Below are positions 53,923 to 64,000 of a DNA stretch of 64,000 nt, piece after piece. Positions within the stretch are counted from its first letter, which is position 1; every line of letters begins with the position of its first letter. Both the position numbers and the translations under genes were made by a program. The notes beneath the pieces were generated by a model. That model was not told the origin of the DNA and searched no databases. It was given only the letters and a program-made list of their open reading frames with translations. Source of the stretch: Planctomycetota bacterium (GTDB taxonomy: Bacteria > Planctomycetota > Planctomycetia > Gemmatales > Gemmataceae); assembly GCA_009920765.1 (NCBI GenBank), contig RFZJ01000005.1:25673-89672 (forward strand). The letters run 5' to 3'.

Positions 53923-54984
53923 TTAGGCGGGTTGCTGTTGACTTAAGCAGTGCAGTGTACCGAGTCCAAGTACTAGATCCACACAATGGATACCGACAAT
54001 CTTACGAGTCGGGAACAATTGGGAAAGCAGGTTTAACGCAACTCGATCATTTGGATCGTTGAAAGTTGGCACAAGTACGATACCGTTGGTTATGTAAAAG
54101 TTGGCATAGCTTGCGGGCAGGCGCTGGCCTGCATAAACAATGGGTGCAGGCATTGGAAGTTCGAAAACTTGCAATTTGTTCCCTTGGGCATCGGTCATGG
54201 CATTAAGCCTTGCAAGATTATCCTTCAAGGCTTCGTGGTTGATGTCGGATTTGTTTTCTTCGATCATCGTGATGACTTTTCCCGGGGCGATGAACCTTGC
54301 AATATCATCAACATGGCCATGGGTATCATCCCCTGCTATGCCATTACCCAGCCAGAGAACTTTTTTAACTCCGAGATAGTTGGCAAAAAAAGTTTCATAG
54401 TCTTGTTTGGAGAAACCTGGATTTCGTTCTTGAATTTTGGAAAGCAGGCATTCTTCTGTGGTTAAAAGGGTGCCCTGACCATCAACATCAATACTGCCAC
54501 CTTCGAGGATTGGTTGAACTTTATTATGTTTGGGATGCCATAGGGAGTAATTTAGTTTGGCAGCTACAATCTTGGGGATATCATCGTCGAAATTAAAGTT
54601 GTCATACTTGGCCCAGGCGTTGAATCCTAAGTTGAGAATGGTTTTATTGCCATGTTTGTCTTTGAGGAACAGCGGGCCGTAGTCGCGAATCCAAGAGCGA
54701 TTGGTGGGCGCTGGAATTAAATTAATGTTATCAAGGTTGGCACCTGCATCTAAAAGGAGATGGGAAACAGCATCTGCGGAATGTTGATCGGGGACAATAA
54801 GCCGGATGTATTCATACTTTGAGAGGTTTTTGACAATTTCACAATAAACAAAAGCGATGGAGGGGAATTTTCCGGGCCAGTCGCTTGGCTCGTGAGGCCA
54901 AGCCAGCCATGTTGCGGCATGAGGTTCCCACTCTGCAGGCATTCTAAATCCCAGCCCTGTAAGATCTTCGGTTGAATTACCCAT
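53923..54984 (-). CDS. aguA: Agmatine deiminase
   Basis: MPAEWEPHAATWLAWPH N-terminal block, DDTHGHVDD, and C-terminal GTLHCLSQQQP carrying the catalytic Cys. Confidence 0.9.
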   Translation of the reverse strand: MGNSTEDLTGLGFRMPAEWEPHAATWLAWPHEPSDWPGKFPSIAFVYCEIVKNLSKYEYIRLIVPDQHSADAVSHLLLDAGANLDNINLIPAPTNRSWIRDYGPLFLKDKHGNKTILNLGFNAWAKYDNFNFDDDIPKIVAAKLNYSLWHPKHNKVQPILEGGSIDVDGQGTLLTTEECLLSKIQERNPGFSKQDYETFFANYLGVKKVLWLGNGIAGDDTHGHVDDIARFIAPGKVITMIEENKSDINHEALKDNLARLNAMTDAQGNKLQVFELPMPAPIVYAGQRLPASYANFYITNGIVLVPTFNDPNDRVALNLLSQLFPTRKIVGIHCVDLVLGLGTLHCLSQQQPA

Positions 54985-55096
54985 TATGCCTGACTCCTAT
55001 AATTCTGATTCTTTTGAAAAAGAAAAAAGTTCTTTGGAACATTTAAGTGCGATATTAAGATATTTTCCTATAAACTAATAGATCGTAGGGATTTCG

Positions 55097-56119
55097 TTGT
55101 CGCAAGGGTTAATTATGTATTTGGACAAGAAGAACGAATTGGCAAAAGCCAGTTTCTCTTTAAAAGATGAATTCCGCCCTTTTTCTTTGATTGGTAATCG
55201 CCATCTTCAGACTTTATTGGGATCCCTCACGGACAAAACACCCCCAGAATTCCCCTCGAAAGAAGTAATCGTTCCCGTAAGCGATGGTGACTCGATTTTG
55301 GTTTTGGATAGCAAGCCTATTTCGTGGATTCCGGGCAAGCCGATAGCGATTTTGGTGCATGGTTTATCAGGAAGCCATAGATCAAGCCATGTGGTAAGGG
55401 TGGGCGATCGGTTATACAGGCGGGGCTGCAGGGTGATTCGAATTAACCAACGGGGGGCAGGCCCTGGGTTGCATTTAGCACGATTGTCTTATCATGCGGG
55501 CCGTTCTGACGATATCCGCAAGGTGATGGAGTTTTTCCAAAATGTGGTAGATCCTTCGCCCATATTTTTATTGGGATTTTCGCTGGGCGGAAACCTGATA
55601 TTAAAAACGGCAGGTGAACCCGGCGACTTGCATGGCCTTGCAGGGGTTGCAGCAATGGGGCCACCAATCAATTTGATGCAATGTTCAGAATTGATTGGCA
55701 AGCAGGAAAATCGAATCTATGAAAGTCATTTTTTATACTATCTGATTCAGGAAGCAAAAAAACGACAGCGTTATTTTCCTGACCTGCCACCATTGAAATT
55801 TCCATCCAACATGTCGATCAGGCTTTTTGATGAATACTACACCGCGCCCAGGGCGGGATTCGATTGCGCAGAGCATTATTACGAGGAATGCTCATCCGAA
55901 AGATTTATTAAAAACATTAATGTGCCAACCCTGATACTTACTTCCCGTGATGACCCATTTATATCCGTTGGGCCATTTGAAAAGCTGGATGCCCCGGATT
56001 GTGTTACGATTTCGATTCAAAAGCAAGGGGGGCATCTGGGATTTTTGGGATCAGATGGCAGGGGTGGAATTCGCTGGGGTGAATCAAAGTTAGTTCAATG
56101 GATAGACCAGCATCTATAA
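55097..56119 (+). CDS. Alpha/beta hydrolase (YheT/ABHD1-3-like, COG0429 type)
   Basis: LVHGLSGS oxyanion region, nucleophile elbow GFSLGGN, late Asp (SRDDPF) and His (GGHLGF). The start could be TTG 55097 or ATG 55115. Confidence 0.82.
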   Translation: MSQGLIMYLDKKNELAKASFSLKDEFRPFSLIGNRHLQTLLGSLTDKTPPEFPSKEVIVPVSDGDSILVLDSKPISWIPGKPIAILVHGLSGSHRSSHVVRVGDRLYRRGCRVIRINQRGAGPGLHLARLSYHAGRSDDIRKVMEFFQNVVDPSPIFLLGFSLGGNLILKTAGEPGDLHGLAGVAAMGPPINLMQCSELIGKQENRIYESHFLYYLIQEAKKRQRYFPDLPPLKFPSNMSIRLFDEYYTAPRAGFDCAEHYYEECSSERFIKNINVPTLILTSRDDPFISVGPFEKLDAPDCVTISIQKQGGHLGFLGSDGRGGIRWGESKLVQWIDQHL

Positions 56120-56129
56120 AAATTGTTAT

Positions 56130-57668
56130 TTATTGTGGCTTGGGCCCTGCATTAAAAACTTCAAATGCAACCTTCCCTTCAAACTTTTTAAAATTCGCTT
56201 CGAACAAATTAGAAAGCTTGCCAGCGTTTGCCCGGTAATCATCATGGTTAACCCAAGCAAGCATAGGATTGAGCATTTCTTTTTCCACCCCGGGGCATGA
56301 GGTGGGGACTTCGAGCCCAAAACAAGAATCTTTCCTAAAAGTTATGGAGTCAAAGTTTCCATGCAGTACCCCAGATAACAATGCCCTGGTTACTTGAATG
56401 GGGAAGCGGTGGCCAACGCCCGGGTTACCCCCCCTCCAGCCGGTATTGATAAGCCAAACCTTGCAATTGTGGGATTGAATTTTCTTTTGAAGCAGGCCTG
56501 CATAAATCGAGGAATGCCTGGGCATGAAAGGCGCGCCAAAGCATGAACTAAATGTGGCAGAAGGCTCGGTGACTCCCTGCTCGGTGCCTGCAACCTTGGC
56601 GGTGTAGCCTGAAAGGAAATGATACATGGCTTGAAATTCGTTGAGTCTGCTAAGGGGGGGAAGAACACCAAAGGCATCACAGGTAAGGAAAAAGATATTT
56701 TTGGGGTGCCCGCCCAGGGAATCCGGGCAGATATCGCGAACCAAATCGAGCGGGTAGGCAGCGCGGGTGTTTTCAGTCAATGAGGCATCAAAGAAATCGG
56801 GGATGCGAGTTTTTTCATCGAGGGGAACATTTTCAAGTACCGATCCAAATTGAAGGGCTTCAAAAATATGAGGCTCTGCTTTTGGTGAAAGCTTGATGGT
56901 TTTTGCATAGCATCCACCCTCGAAATTAAATATCCCTGTATCCGACCAACCATGCTCATCATCGCCAATAAGAAGCCGTTCGGGGTCTGCAGATAATGTT
57001 GTTTTACCAGTGCCCGACAAACCAAATAACAATGCCACATCGCCTTCCCTGCCCATGGTTGAAGCACAATGCATGGGAAAAACTTGTTGTTCAGGCAGAA
57101 TGAAATTAAGGAAGCTGAAAACAGCTTTTTTGATTTCTCCTGCATAGGATGTACCGGAAATAATCACTAGATTTTTGGTGAGATCGAGCGCAATGGTGGT
57201 TTTTGTAGCATGAGTGTCAACTAAAATCGTCAAGTTTTTACCTTTGAAGTGCTTGATTGGTTTTCTAAACATGCAGCGTGCGAATAAATTGTGCCATGCC
57301 AAATCTGCAATTACAGTTACCCCGATGGCATGGCTGATATCCGCACATGCAGAACCCGCCAACATAAATATTTCCTTCGAGCCAAGTGCTTTTATGGTCG
57401 CAGAAAATAGAACGTCAAAATCAGTGGAGCTCATTGGTTGATTGATCGAGCCCCATTCAATGGCTGCATTTACTGAGGGATCGTCGACCAAATAACGGTC
57501 TTTGGGAGATCTTCCCGTGTGGGCGCCTGTTTTTACTGAAAAGGAGCCTCGATTACTAAGTTGGCCTTCATTGCGTAAAAGTGCCTTTTCAATCAGGGCG
57601 GCATTGCTGGTTAAAGATTTGCAATTGGGTGACTTTAGAAGAGTTTCGATCATTTCTTGGTGATTCAT
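56130..57668 (-). CDS. pckA: Phosphoenolpyruvate carboxykinase (ATP)
   Basis: GRSPKDRY, kinase-1a GLSGTGKTTLS, IGDDEHGW, and the FNFEGGCYAK block. Confidence 0.95.
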   Translation of the reverse strand: MNHQEMIETLLKSPNCKSLTSNAALIEKALLRNEGQLSNRGSFSVKTGAHTGRSPKDRYLVDDPSVNAAIEWGSINQPMSSTDFDVLFSATIKALGSKEIFMLAGSACADISHAIGVTVIADLAWHNLFARCMFRKPIKHFKGKNLTILVDTHATKTTIALDLTKNLVIISGTSYAGEIKKAVFSFLNFILPEQQVFPMHCASTMGREGDVALLFGLSGTGKTTLSADPERLLIGDDEHGWSDTGIFNFEGGCYAKTIKLSPKAEPHIFEALQFGSVLENVPLDEKTRIPDFFDASLTENTRAAYPLDLVRDICPDSLGGHPKNIFFLTCDAFGVLPPLSRLNEFQAMYHFLSGYTAKVAGTEQGVTEPSATFSSCFGAPFMPRHSSIYAGLLQKKIQSHNCKVWLINTGWRGGNPGVGHRFPIQVTRALLSGVLHGNFDSITFRKDSCFGLEVPTSCPGVEKEMLNPMLAWVNHDDYRANAGKLSNLFEANFKKFEGKVAFEVFNAGPKPQ

Positions 57669-57800
57669 TAAAATAAACTCCTTTTATCAAGCGCAGTAAG
57701 GTAAAAATAATGGTGTAAATATTAAAGCATCGATAGTAATCTGACTGTATTTATTGTAGGGAAATATGAATAATAAGATCTTTTCATTACGGGTAGCATA

Positions 57801-60239
57801 ATGCGAGCGCATGTATTTGAATACTTTTTAAAGGGAATATTTTTAGGGTTGGCGATTTATGGCGCCCTCCGAGCTGGAAGTTTGGAAAACCCAACCCTTG
57901 AAACATTTCTTACACTCAATGGAATTGCCTGGGGTGGATTGTTTCTGGCATTTGTTGCAGGAGTGGTCTCACAACGAGCACAGCTAAAGGTTGGGCTTAA
58001 AAATCCTGCTGCTTTCATTCTTTTTCTCATCCTCGAAAACTCCAGCAAGATATTTGATGGCATATTGATAGGCACTGCCCTTGGTGTTTTTGTTGCGGTG
58101 CCTTCGGATTCAAAATTGTTGATTTCTTGCGTGGGGCTGGGGGGGGCCTTGGGCCTCAGTTTTTTCAGTGTTAAAAAAGTAAAAGTACCAAATTTCCGCT
58201 TGGGAATTATTTTTGCAGTTGCAACAAGCCTGTGTGTTGCGATTGCTTATTTCCTCGGGGCAACACCCTGGAGTGAAAAGCAACTTATTCTGCCTCATCC
58301 ACATTTGTTTTCCCTTCAATTAATTGCTTTTCTACCTTTATTTTACATCCTGACATTTTGTGGCCTGGCGGAAGAATCCGAAATCGAAATTGGTGCTTTC
58401 AGCTCGTTGTTGGGTCTTGCACTTGGTATCCTAACCATGGAACATGTTCCTTTGCGAACCTTGGGATTCCTTGCACCGATAGTTTTATTTTTTGTCTACA
58501 CCATGCGTATATTACCCGCCCTTAGAATCCTGAAGCATGTTTTTAGAGGCATGAGCTTTGCCAAGCTGGGGCAGCAAAAAAATGCACTGATGGCTTTCAA
58601 AAGAGCATTGCAACTTGATCCAAAAAACAATCTCGCAAGCAATAACTATTGGAAACTTCATGCTGACCTGGATCCTGTTAAACTTGAAACCGATCCAGAA
58701 ACCATGGCCCTGGTTGATTGTGATCTTTGTCTTGACCGGGTTGAATCACTCCTGGTCTTGGGAAAGCCCAGTGATGAAAAAGTTGCGGAAACCTTAAGGC
58801 TGCTCTCGTTGGTTGAAAAACTCAAACCTTCGCTTGATTATGGCACCCGTTATTGGAGGGCTGTGCTCGCCCTGCATGATAAAAATTTTGTAGGGGCAGG
58901 AGTTCTCCTTCTCAAAAATCTTAATAATTATCATGTTTCTGAAGACCAATTAGCAGGGAAATATCTGTATGCTTCTTGGGCATTGGCTTTAGCCGGGCAT
59001 CCCGAAATGAAGTCCCGGGTTGGTTTCCCATTGCTTGCTGATCCCGCCATCAAAATGAATGCCATTGCTGCTGTTGAAAGGCATATTGCCCACGAAATGA
59101 ATGATCAGGTTGCATGGGGGATCAAGCGTTTCTTGTATTCAGACCTTACAAGCACCATCTTTTTTCAAAATCCTCCGCGCAGCATTGCAGAATTTGACTT
59201 TATGTTTGTCAAGGATCTTGGAATCGCGCTTTTAGAACAAAAAAAAGAACTGGCAAGAGGTGCGGAATACCTGGATATTGCTGTATCAGGTCTGCCCCAG
59301 CATGCGCCATTTTTAATGGTTCAAGTGGGCAAAGCTTTTGCCCAGCAGGGCCAAGAAGTAGAAGCAGAAAGCTACTTTGATAAAGCCGTGGTCATGGGTC
59401 GTAAAATTGGTCATAAAAACTTGCAGGATGCTGATCGCTTGGCCTATTTTTCGGCCTTAAAGTTTCTTGCTGATTCTTCCTTGCATCGTAAAGAGAATGA
59501 TAAGGCGATTGAATATTATCACCTGTTTGCGCAGTTTGAGCGAAGTGGCGTTGAAACATTGCGTACACTCGCAAACTTGCATGAAGAAAAAGGCGAGGCC
59601 CTTTCAGCCCTTCGTGCAGTCGAACAAGCCCTTATTTATCAACCTGATGACAAGGATCTCATCGCCCGTAAAGATCGATATCTTTATTCTTTAACTGTTG
59701 AAGAACTTACTGCAAATAAAGATCTTCTCGCCAAAGGTTTCGATGTTGATTATTGCATGAAAAGGGCCAAGGGTATTCTTGATAGCAAACTGGATGGCCC
59801 TGATTGGATTGATGTGGCCAGGCATCTTGCCAACTTGGCGATGGTTTTTGAACCTGAAAGTATTCAAGCCAGAACTTTGTATGCCAGAGCGTTGCTAAGG
59901 CATGGCGATCGTACTGAGGCGAAGAACATCCTTGAAAAGGTGCGAGAACCCAAGCCCGAAAGTTTTTCGAGCAGCGATGATGAGGACTCCTGGTATGGCT
60001 CATGCCAGTTGCTGGGGGATATTTACATGGAGCTTGATGAATTCGAGAAGGCTGTTGCGTGTTTCCAGGATTTTAAAAAGAGTCCCAAGAGCGGTGCCAG
60101 AACCTGGCTTAAATTGGGCATTGCCCTTGAGAAATTAAACGACACGAAAAAGGCCATCGCCTGTTATGAACAAGCCACTGCCTACGAAGGCAATCCCTTT
60201 GCAAGGGAAGCACAAGAAGCCCTGTACCGTTTAAAGTAA
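57801..60239 (+). CDS. Membrane protein with about 8 N-terminal TM helices and a large C-terminal TPR-repeat domain; function unknown
   Basis: Hydrophobic N-terminal 250 aa. TPR-like A-x-x-x-F/Y-x-x-A-L pairs (ALMAFKRALQLDPKN, AIEYYHLFAQ, ALRAVEQALIYQPDD, AVACFQDFKK, AIACYEQATAYEGN). Confidence 0.75.
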   Translation: MRAHVFEYFLKGIFLGLAIYGALRAGSLENPTLETFLTLNGIAWGGLFLAFVAGVVSQRAQLKVGLKNPAAFILFLILENSSKIFDGILIGTALGVFVAVPSDSKLLISCVGLGGALGLSFFSVKKVKVPNFRLGIIFAVATSLCVAIAYFLGATPWSEKQLILPHPHLFSLQLIAFLPLFYILTFCGLAEESEIEIGAFSSLLGLALGILTMEHVPLRTLGFLAPIVLFFVYTMRILPALRILKHVFRGMSFAKLGQQKNALMAFKRALQLDPKNNLASNNYWKLHADLDPVKLETDPETMALVDCDLCLDRVESLLVLGKPSDEKVAETLRLLSLVEKLKPSLDYGTRYWRAVLALHDKNFVGAGVLLLKNLNNYHVSEDQLAGKYLYASWALALAGHPEMKSRVGFPLLADPAIKMNAIAAVERHIAHEMNDQVAWGIKRFLYSDLTSTIFFQNPPRSIAEFDFMFVKDLGIALLEQKKELARGAEYLDIAVSGLPQHAPFLMVQVGKAFAQQGQEVEAESYFDKAVVMGRKIGHKNLQDADRLAYFSALKFLADSSLHRKENDKAIEYYHLFAQFERSGVETLRTLANLHEEKGEALSALRAVEQALIYQPDDKDLIARKDRYLYSLTVEELTANKDLLAKGFDVDYCMKRAKGILDSKLDGPDWIDVARHLANLAMVFEPESIQARTLYARALLRHGDRTEAKNILEKVREPKPESFSSSDDEDSWYGSCQLLGDIYMELDEFEKAVACFQDFKKSPKSGARTWLKLGIALEKLNDTKKAIACYEQATAYEGNPFAREAQEALYRLK

Positions 60240-60268
60240 GGGCTTCCTGAAGTGTTTCGAAAATAAGA

Positions 60269-60994
60269 TTACTTGGATTTCTTAGTTGTGGCAGCAGATT
60301 TCTTGCTGGCAGGCTTGGCATTTTCCGTGGCAAACTGGCATTCCTTGGCAAGCGGGCAGGCAGTGCAGTTTGGCTGTTTTTCGTGGCAATATTCCATGCC
60401 AATAGTGCTGATAAGATCCGTAAATTCAACGCCTTTAGACTTGGGGATCAGGTGTTCCAAGGTGTTGCGGATTTCTACAACTTGTTCCTGGGTCTTTTCA
60501 ATCAACCCAAGCCTTTTTGAAACGCGGAGTGTAGGTGGATCTATAGGAATCGCATGACCACCCAATGCCCTTTGGGTTACCCAGGCGCCAAGATAATCAT
60601 TTGAAACCTGATAGCGGGAAAGATGTTTGGTGGCTTGTTTCAGCCCTTTTTTGTGCAGAAATTCCAACTCGAAGGAATAGGTGGTTTCGAATAGTTCCTG
60701 TAGGAAACCAATCACTCTGTTGGCCCGGTCAACCGGCCTGGTCATTCCCCTGAAACATTCTTCCAGTTCCCGTACAGAGCTTACTCTTAGCTCATTCCAA
60801 TCGAAGAACTGGGCGGTTAACTTCTGATATGCCTCATCAGCTTGTTCTTTGCTCGAACCTTCCCTGCATATGGAATAAATCACTTGCTCCATTACAGGAA
60901 GATCTTGTTGCTCTTGGGAGACAACTTTCTTGACCTTCGAAAAAAGAACGGTAACAATTTTCTGCTTGTTGACTGTCGTCGCCATATCTTTCAC
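60269..60994 (-). CDS. Endonuclease III-like HhH-GPD superfamily protein with a 4Fe-4S cluster loop and a Lys-rich tail
   Basis: C-x6-C-x2-C-x5-C (CHEKQPNCTACPLAKEC) at the Nth/MutY position. IPIDPPTLRVSKRLGLI aligns to the Nth AVDTHIFRV block. The helix-hairpin-helix GVG and the catalytic Lys are not evident. Confidence 0.7.
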   Translation of the reverse strand: MKDMATTVNKQKIVTVLFSKVKKVVSQEQQDLPVMEQVIYSICREGSSKEQADEAYQKLTAQFFDWNELRVSSVRELEECFRGMTRPVDRANRVIGFLQELFETTYSFELEFLHKKGLKQATKHLSRYQVSNDYLGAWVTQRALGGHAIPIDPPTLRVSKRLGLIEKTQEQVVEIRNTLEHLIPKSKGVEFTDLISTIGMEYCHEKQPNCTACPLAKECQFATENAKPASKKSAATTKKSK

Positions 60995-61061
60995 AACTCC
61001 ATGAATGAGTCAGGCGTAAGAGCCAGGAAACCAATTTTCCTGTCTCTCTGTCCGGGATCTA

Positions 61062-61493
61062 TTATTCCTTGGCTACATCTGATGGATCGCCATCAGAATC
61101 TTCTTGCTCAATATCTTCTTCTAGTTGCTCAGAATCCGAAAGTTTCGATGGATTAGCCAGGGCCTCCTGAATTAGCTTGCTGATTTCAAGGCTTTTCTTG
61201 ACACCTTGGTCCAGTACGAAGTTCAAAACAGGGAGAAACCTAGTTTTCATTCTATCAGCTAATTGAGACTGAACAAACCCTGCTGCGCCATTAAGCGCAC
61301 GAAGAGTTTCTTTTTGGTGTTCTTCATCACCCATGACTGAAACATAAATCTTGGCATGCTGCAGGTCGCCTGAAACTTCTGCACGTAAAACGGTAACCAT
61401 GCGTACTCTAGGATCACTCATTTTGAATAAAATGGTTTCACTTGCGACTTCACGTATGACTTCAGCGATTCTAGCAATTCGATGTGTTTTCAT
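61062..61493 (-). CDS. rbfA: Ribosome-binding factor A
   Basis: RIAEVIREVASETI..., DPRV..VTV..V.VS.DL..AKIYVSV. Position downstream of infB. Confidence 0.92.
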   Translation of the reverse strand: MKTHRIARIAEVIREVASETILFKMSDPRVRMVTVLRAEVSGDLQHAKIYVSVMGDEEHQKETLRALNGAAGFVQSQLADRMKTRFLPVLNFVLDQGVKKSLEISKLIQEALANPSKLSDSEQLEEDIEQEDSDGDPSDVAKE

Positions 61494-61509
61494 TGATTCT
61501 CTTTGCTAG

Positions 61510-61800
61510 TTAGTATATTTCCGTTGTTTGATCAACAAATTCAGCGATCGGATGCACCCGTAATGCTTGTGCGATCTTTTCCAAGGCACTGCGTACATGT
61601 TGTGATTCGTTTCCAACCATCCCAATACCAAGTACGATCATCTGTCTGTTTTCCTGCTCATCAATCTCTGCAACCGAAACATTGAAGCTGTTTTTTAGCT
61701 TGTCCTTGATACTGTTGAGAACCTGTCTTTTATCCTTGAGGCTGTGGGATTCCCTAACAATCATCCGGACCCGCATGGCCCCCAAGTACATGTCGTCCAT
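61510..61800 (-). CDS. DUF503 (YlxP-like) protein
   Basis: About 96 aa with the SLKDKRQV block. Shows the conserved infB-ylxP-rbfA synteny known from Firmicutes. Start taken at MDDMYLG, 17 nt after the infB stop. The longer ORF-track version overlaps infB. Confidence 0.75.
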   Translation of the reverse strand: MDDMYLGAMRVRMIVRESHSLKDKRQVLNSIKDKLKNSFNVSVAEIDEQENRQMIVLGIGMVGNESQHVRSALEKIAQALRVHPIAEFVDQTTEIY

Positions 61801-61816
61801 ACTGATTCCTTTAGAA

Positions 61817-64000
61817 TCAGGAAAGGGTTCTAAGAACCTGTTCAACCTTGTAGGCTTCAATCACATCATCAACCTTGATGTCATCATAATTGAGGATTTT
61901 AATACCACATTCGAAGCCTTCTCGCACTTCACGAACATCTTCCTTGAAACGTTTTAGCGATTCCAGCCCGACGTTTTTATCAGGAGGTGGATAGATCACC
62001 ACGCCATTTCTGATCAGTCTTACTTTTGCAGATCGTTCGATGGTGCCCTGGGTTACATAGCAACCAGCAATAGTGCCAACTCTACTGATTTTAAAGCAAT
62101 CACGAACCACAGCCCTGCCAAGATGAATGATGTCTTCGCGTGGTTTAAGTTTGCCTTCCAAGGCATTTCGAACATCTTCTGCAAGCTTGTAGATGATGTT
62201 GTACTGCCTGATTTGAATTCCTTTTTCTTCAGCAAGTGACCTGGCACGATCGTCTGGAACGGAATTGAATCCGACTATGATTGTGTCATCCGGAGATGCA
62301 AGTGCAAGTTGAACATCGCTTTCGGTAATACCACCTACGCCTGTGTGCAGCACTCGCACCGCAACTTCTTCGTGGGTGAATTTTTCAAGTTCCTTGCGGA
62401 TGGCTTCGATGGAGCCGCGGAAGTCAGCCTTTAATATAACCTTGAGTTCTGTGACTTTATTAAGCGATAACGTTTCAAGTGTCATGGGCGAGCGCTTGTA
62501 AATGCTTGATTCCAAGCTGCGCATTTTTCGCTTTTCAGCTATTTCACGGGCTTCTGCCAAATCTGAAATAACCACGAAAACGTCGTCGGCGTTAGGTAGT
62601 TCATCAAGGCCTGTGATTTTGCAGGGGATGCTAGGGCCTGCCTGTGCAATCGGCTTGCCCATGTCATCGTACATCATGCGAACTCGCCCGTATCCGGATC
62701 CGCAAAGGATGACATCACCCTTTTTCAAGGTGCCATCTTGTACGATAACGGTGGCAAACACGCCCTCGCCTTCACTTACATTCGCTTCCAAGCAAACGCC
62801 CTTGGCTGTCTTGTTAGGGTTGGATTTAAACTCTTCGACTTCTGCGACAAGGGAAATGTTGTCTAAAAGTTCATTGATGCCTTTGCCCGTGGCAGCACTG
62901 GTTTGAACAAATTGAACATCACCACCCATGGTATCGGGGATCAGGCCTTGGCCGTATAACTGTTGTTCGGTTTTGCGAATGTTGGCGTTGGGAAGATCAA
63001 CCTTGTTGATTGCAACAATGATTTTAACATTGGCGGCCTTGGCATGACTGATGGCTTCTTCAGTTTGGGGCATGACGCCGTCGTCGGCAGCAACCACAAT
63101 TACAGCAATATCGGTGACATTTGCGCCACGAGCACGCATTTTCGTAAAGGCTTCATGGCCGGGGGTATCAAGGAAGGTAATGGGTTTGCCATTATGTTCG
63201 ACTCGCCAGGCACGAATGCACTGGGTAATACCGCCTGCTTCGGAAGCTGCGATTTCGCTTTTGCGGATTTTGTCAAGAAGCGAGGTTTTACCATGATCAA
63301 CATGGCCCATGATGGTAACGATGGGTGCACGGAGGATTAGATCTTCAGGAGCATCGTCCTTGCCCGAATCGGAAATGATTTTTTCTTCTAGATCTTCCTT
63401 GCGTTTGATTTCCAGTTCGCAGCCACTTTCCAATGCAATGGTAGCAGCGTAATCGGGCTCCACAATGGAGTTGATATTCAACCCGGCTGTAAGGCCTGCT
63501 CCCATTAGTTTCATGAGTAATTCGCCAGATTTTATACCTAATGCCTCTGATAATGCCCGTACGGTGATTGGCACTTCGATAGGCACCTTTCCTTTGCGAG
63601 GTTGGGGGCCTTTGAGCGTTTTCTGCCTACGACGTTCACGCACAATCCGCTGTTGTTCTAATTCTTCCTGGTCCAGCAACCCGGAAAGACTGGTGACTCT
63701 TGGAATGGCGATATCGTTCTTTTTGCGAACTTCCCGTTCGCGATGTCGGTCGGATCTGCCCGCAACACCACCAGGGCGCTTGCCACCTTTGGATTTTCCT
63801 TTTATTTCTTCCTCGTCGTCATCAAAGGGGATAACCGGCATTTGAGGTTGAAAAGCACCAGCTTGCTGATTAAGCGTAACCTGACGCTTGATATCTTCAA
63901 AGCGTATGGGGCCCCCGCCTTTCCCTACTAAGTCCTTGGGGATTTCCCCGATTTTACGTGGCCCTGTGGGAACAGGAGGAAGCTTCTTTTCTTCGACTGG
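61817..64000 (-). CDS. infB: Translation initiation factor IF-2 (N-terminus lies beyond the right window edge)
   Basis: G-domain [26 protein letters not shown]. The frame stays open for all 53 codons from 63842 to 64000 (...[26 protein letters not shown]...), so the gene is 5'-truncated by the window. Confidence 0.95.
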   Translation of the reverse strand, partial: PVEEKKLPPVPTGPRKIGEIPKDLVGKGGGPIRFEDIKRQVTLNQQAGAFQPQMPVIPFDDDEEEIKGKSKGGKRPGGVAGRSDRHREREVRKKNDIAIPRVTSLSGLLDQEELEQQRIVRERRRQKTLKGPQPRKGKVPIEVPITVRALSEALGIKSGELLMKLMGAGLTAGLNINSIVEPDYAATIALESGCELEIKRKEDLEEKIISDSGKDDAPEDLILRAPIVTIMGHVDHGKTSLLDKIRKSEIAASEAGGITQCIRAWRVEHNGKPITFLDTPGHEAFTKMRARGANVTDIAVIVVAADDGVMPQTEEAISHAKAANVKIIVAINKVDLPNANIRKTEQQLYGQGLIPDTMGGDVQFVQTSAATGKGINELLDNISLVAEVEEFKSNPNKTAKGVCLEANVSEGEGVFATVIVQDGTLKKGDVILCGSGYGRVRMMYDDMGKPIAQAGPSIPCKITGLDELPNADDVFVVISDLAEAREIAEKRKMRSLESSIYKRSPMTLETLSLNKVTELKVILKADFRGSIEAIRKELEKFTHEEVAVRVLHTGVGGITESDVQLALASPDDTIIVGFNSVPDDRARSLAEEKGIQIRQYNIIYKLAEDVRNALEGKLKPREDIIHLGRAVVRDCFKISRVGTIAGCYVTQGTIERSAKVRLIRNGVVIYPPPDKNVGLESLKRFKEDVREVREGFECGIKILNYDDIKVDDVIEAYKVEQVLRTLS

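Noticed and set aside
1-64000. A search for CRISPR arrays, tRNA or rRNA genes, IS elements, integrases, toxin-antitoxin pairs and known defence-system genes.
   Set aside because: All spacers longer than 100 bp were read by eye. None showed regularly spaced direct repeats, cloverleaf-compatible sequences, terminal inverted repeats or transposase-like ORFs. The only repeat structure found is the hairpin array at 31204-31430.

Overview
This window is gene-dense, roughly 90% coding, and mostly housekeeping. I support about 47 protein-coding genes and a few intrinsic-terminator-like hairpins. I found no rRNA, tRNA, CRISPR array, transposase, integrase or phage genes. The organism looks like a member of the Planctomycetota. 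This is an inference from a YTV-type Cys-rich secreted protein, PQQ-like beta-propeller and HEAT/jelly-roll secreted proteins, a crtN/crtP/crtQ-type C30-carotenoid cluster, and moderate GC content.

Recognisable core genes:
- Translation and RNA: def-fmt, miaB, rnd, lysS, and infB-DUF503-rbfA (infB runs off the right edge).
- DNA repair and uptake: mfd, comEC, cinA.
- Metabolism: glnE, thrC-dapB, ilvC, ilvE, aguA, pckA.
- Lipoprotein export: lolD/lolE.

The parts I consider most worth a second look:
1. A 774-aa protein at the left edge that places two cyclic-nucleotide-binding domains inside a chain of Fe-S clusters. It is followed by an SthA-like flavoprotein.
2. A translationally coupled crtN-crtP-acyltransferase-crtQ cluster.
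3. A YTV-type protein with about 30 cysteines.
4. An ABC-2 exporter operon that carries a cysteine-less thioredoxin-fold protein and a poly-Asn secreted protein.
5. An Ilv5-type ketol-acid reductoisomerase that appears to lack about 25 residues of its NADPH-binding Rossmann fold.
6. An array of four hairpins of two alternating types in one convergent spacer.
7. A small Sm-like ORF divergent from RNase D.

None of these is demonstrably a new system from sequence alone. All function calls rest on motifs I recognised by eye and need HMM or structure confirmation.
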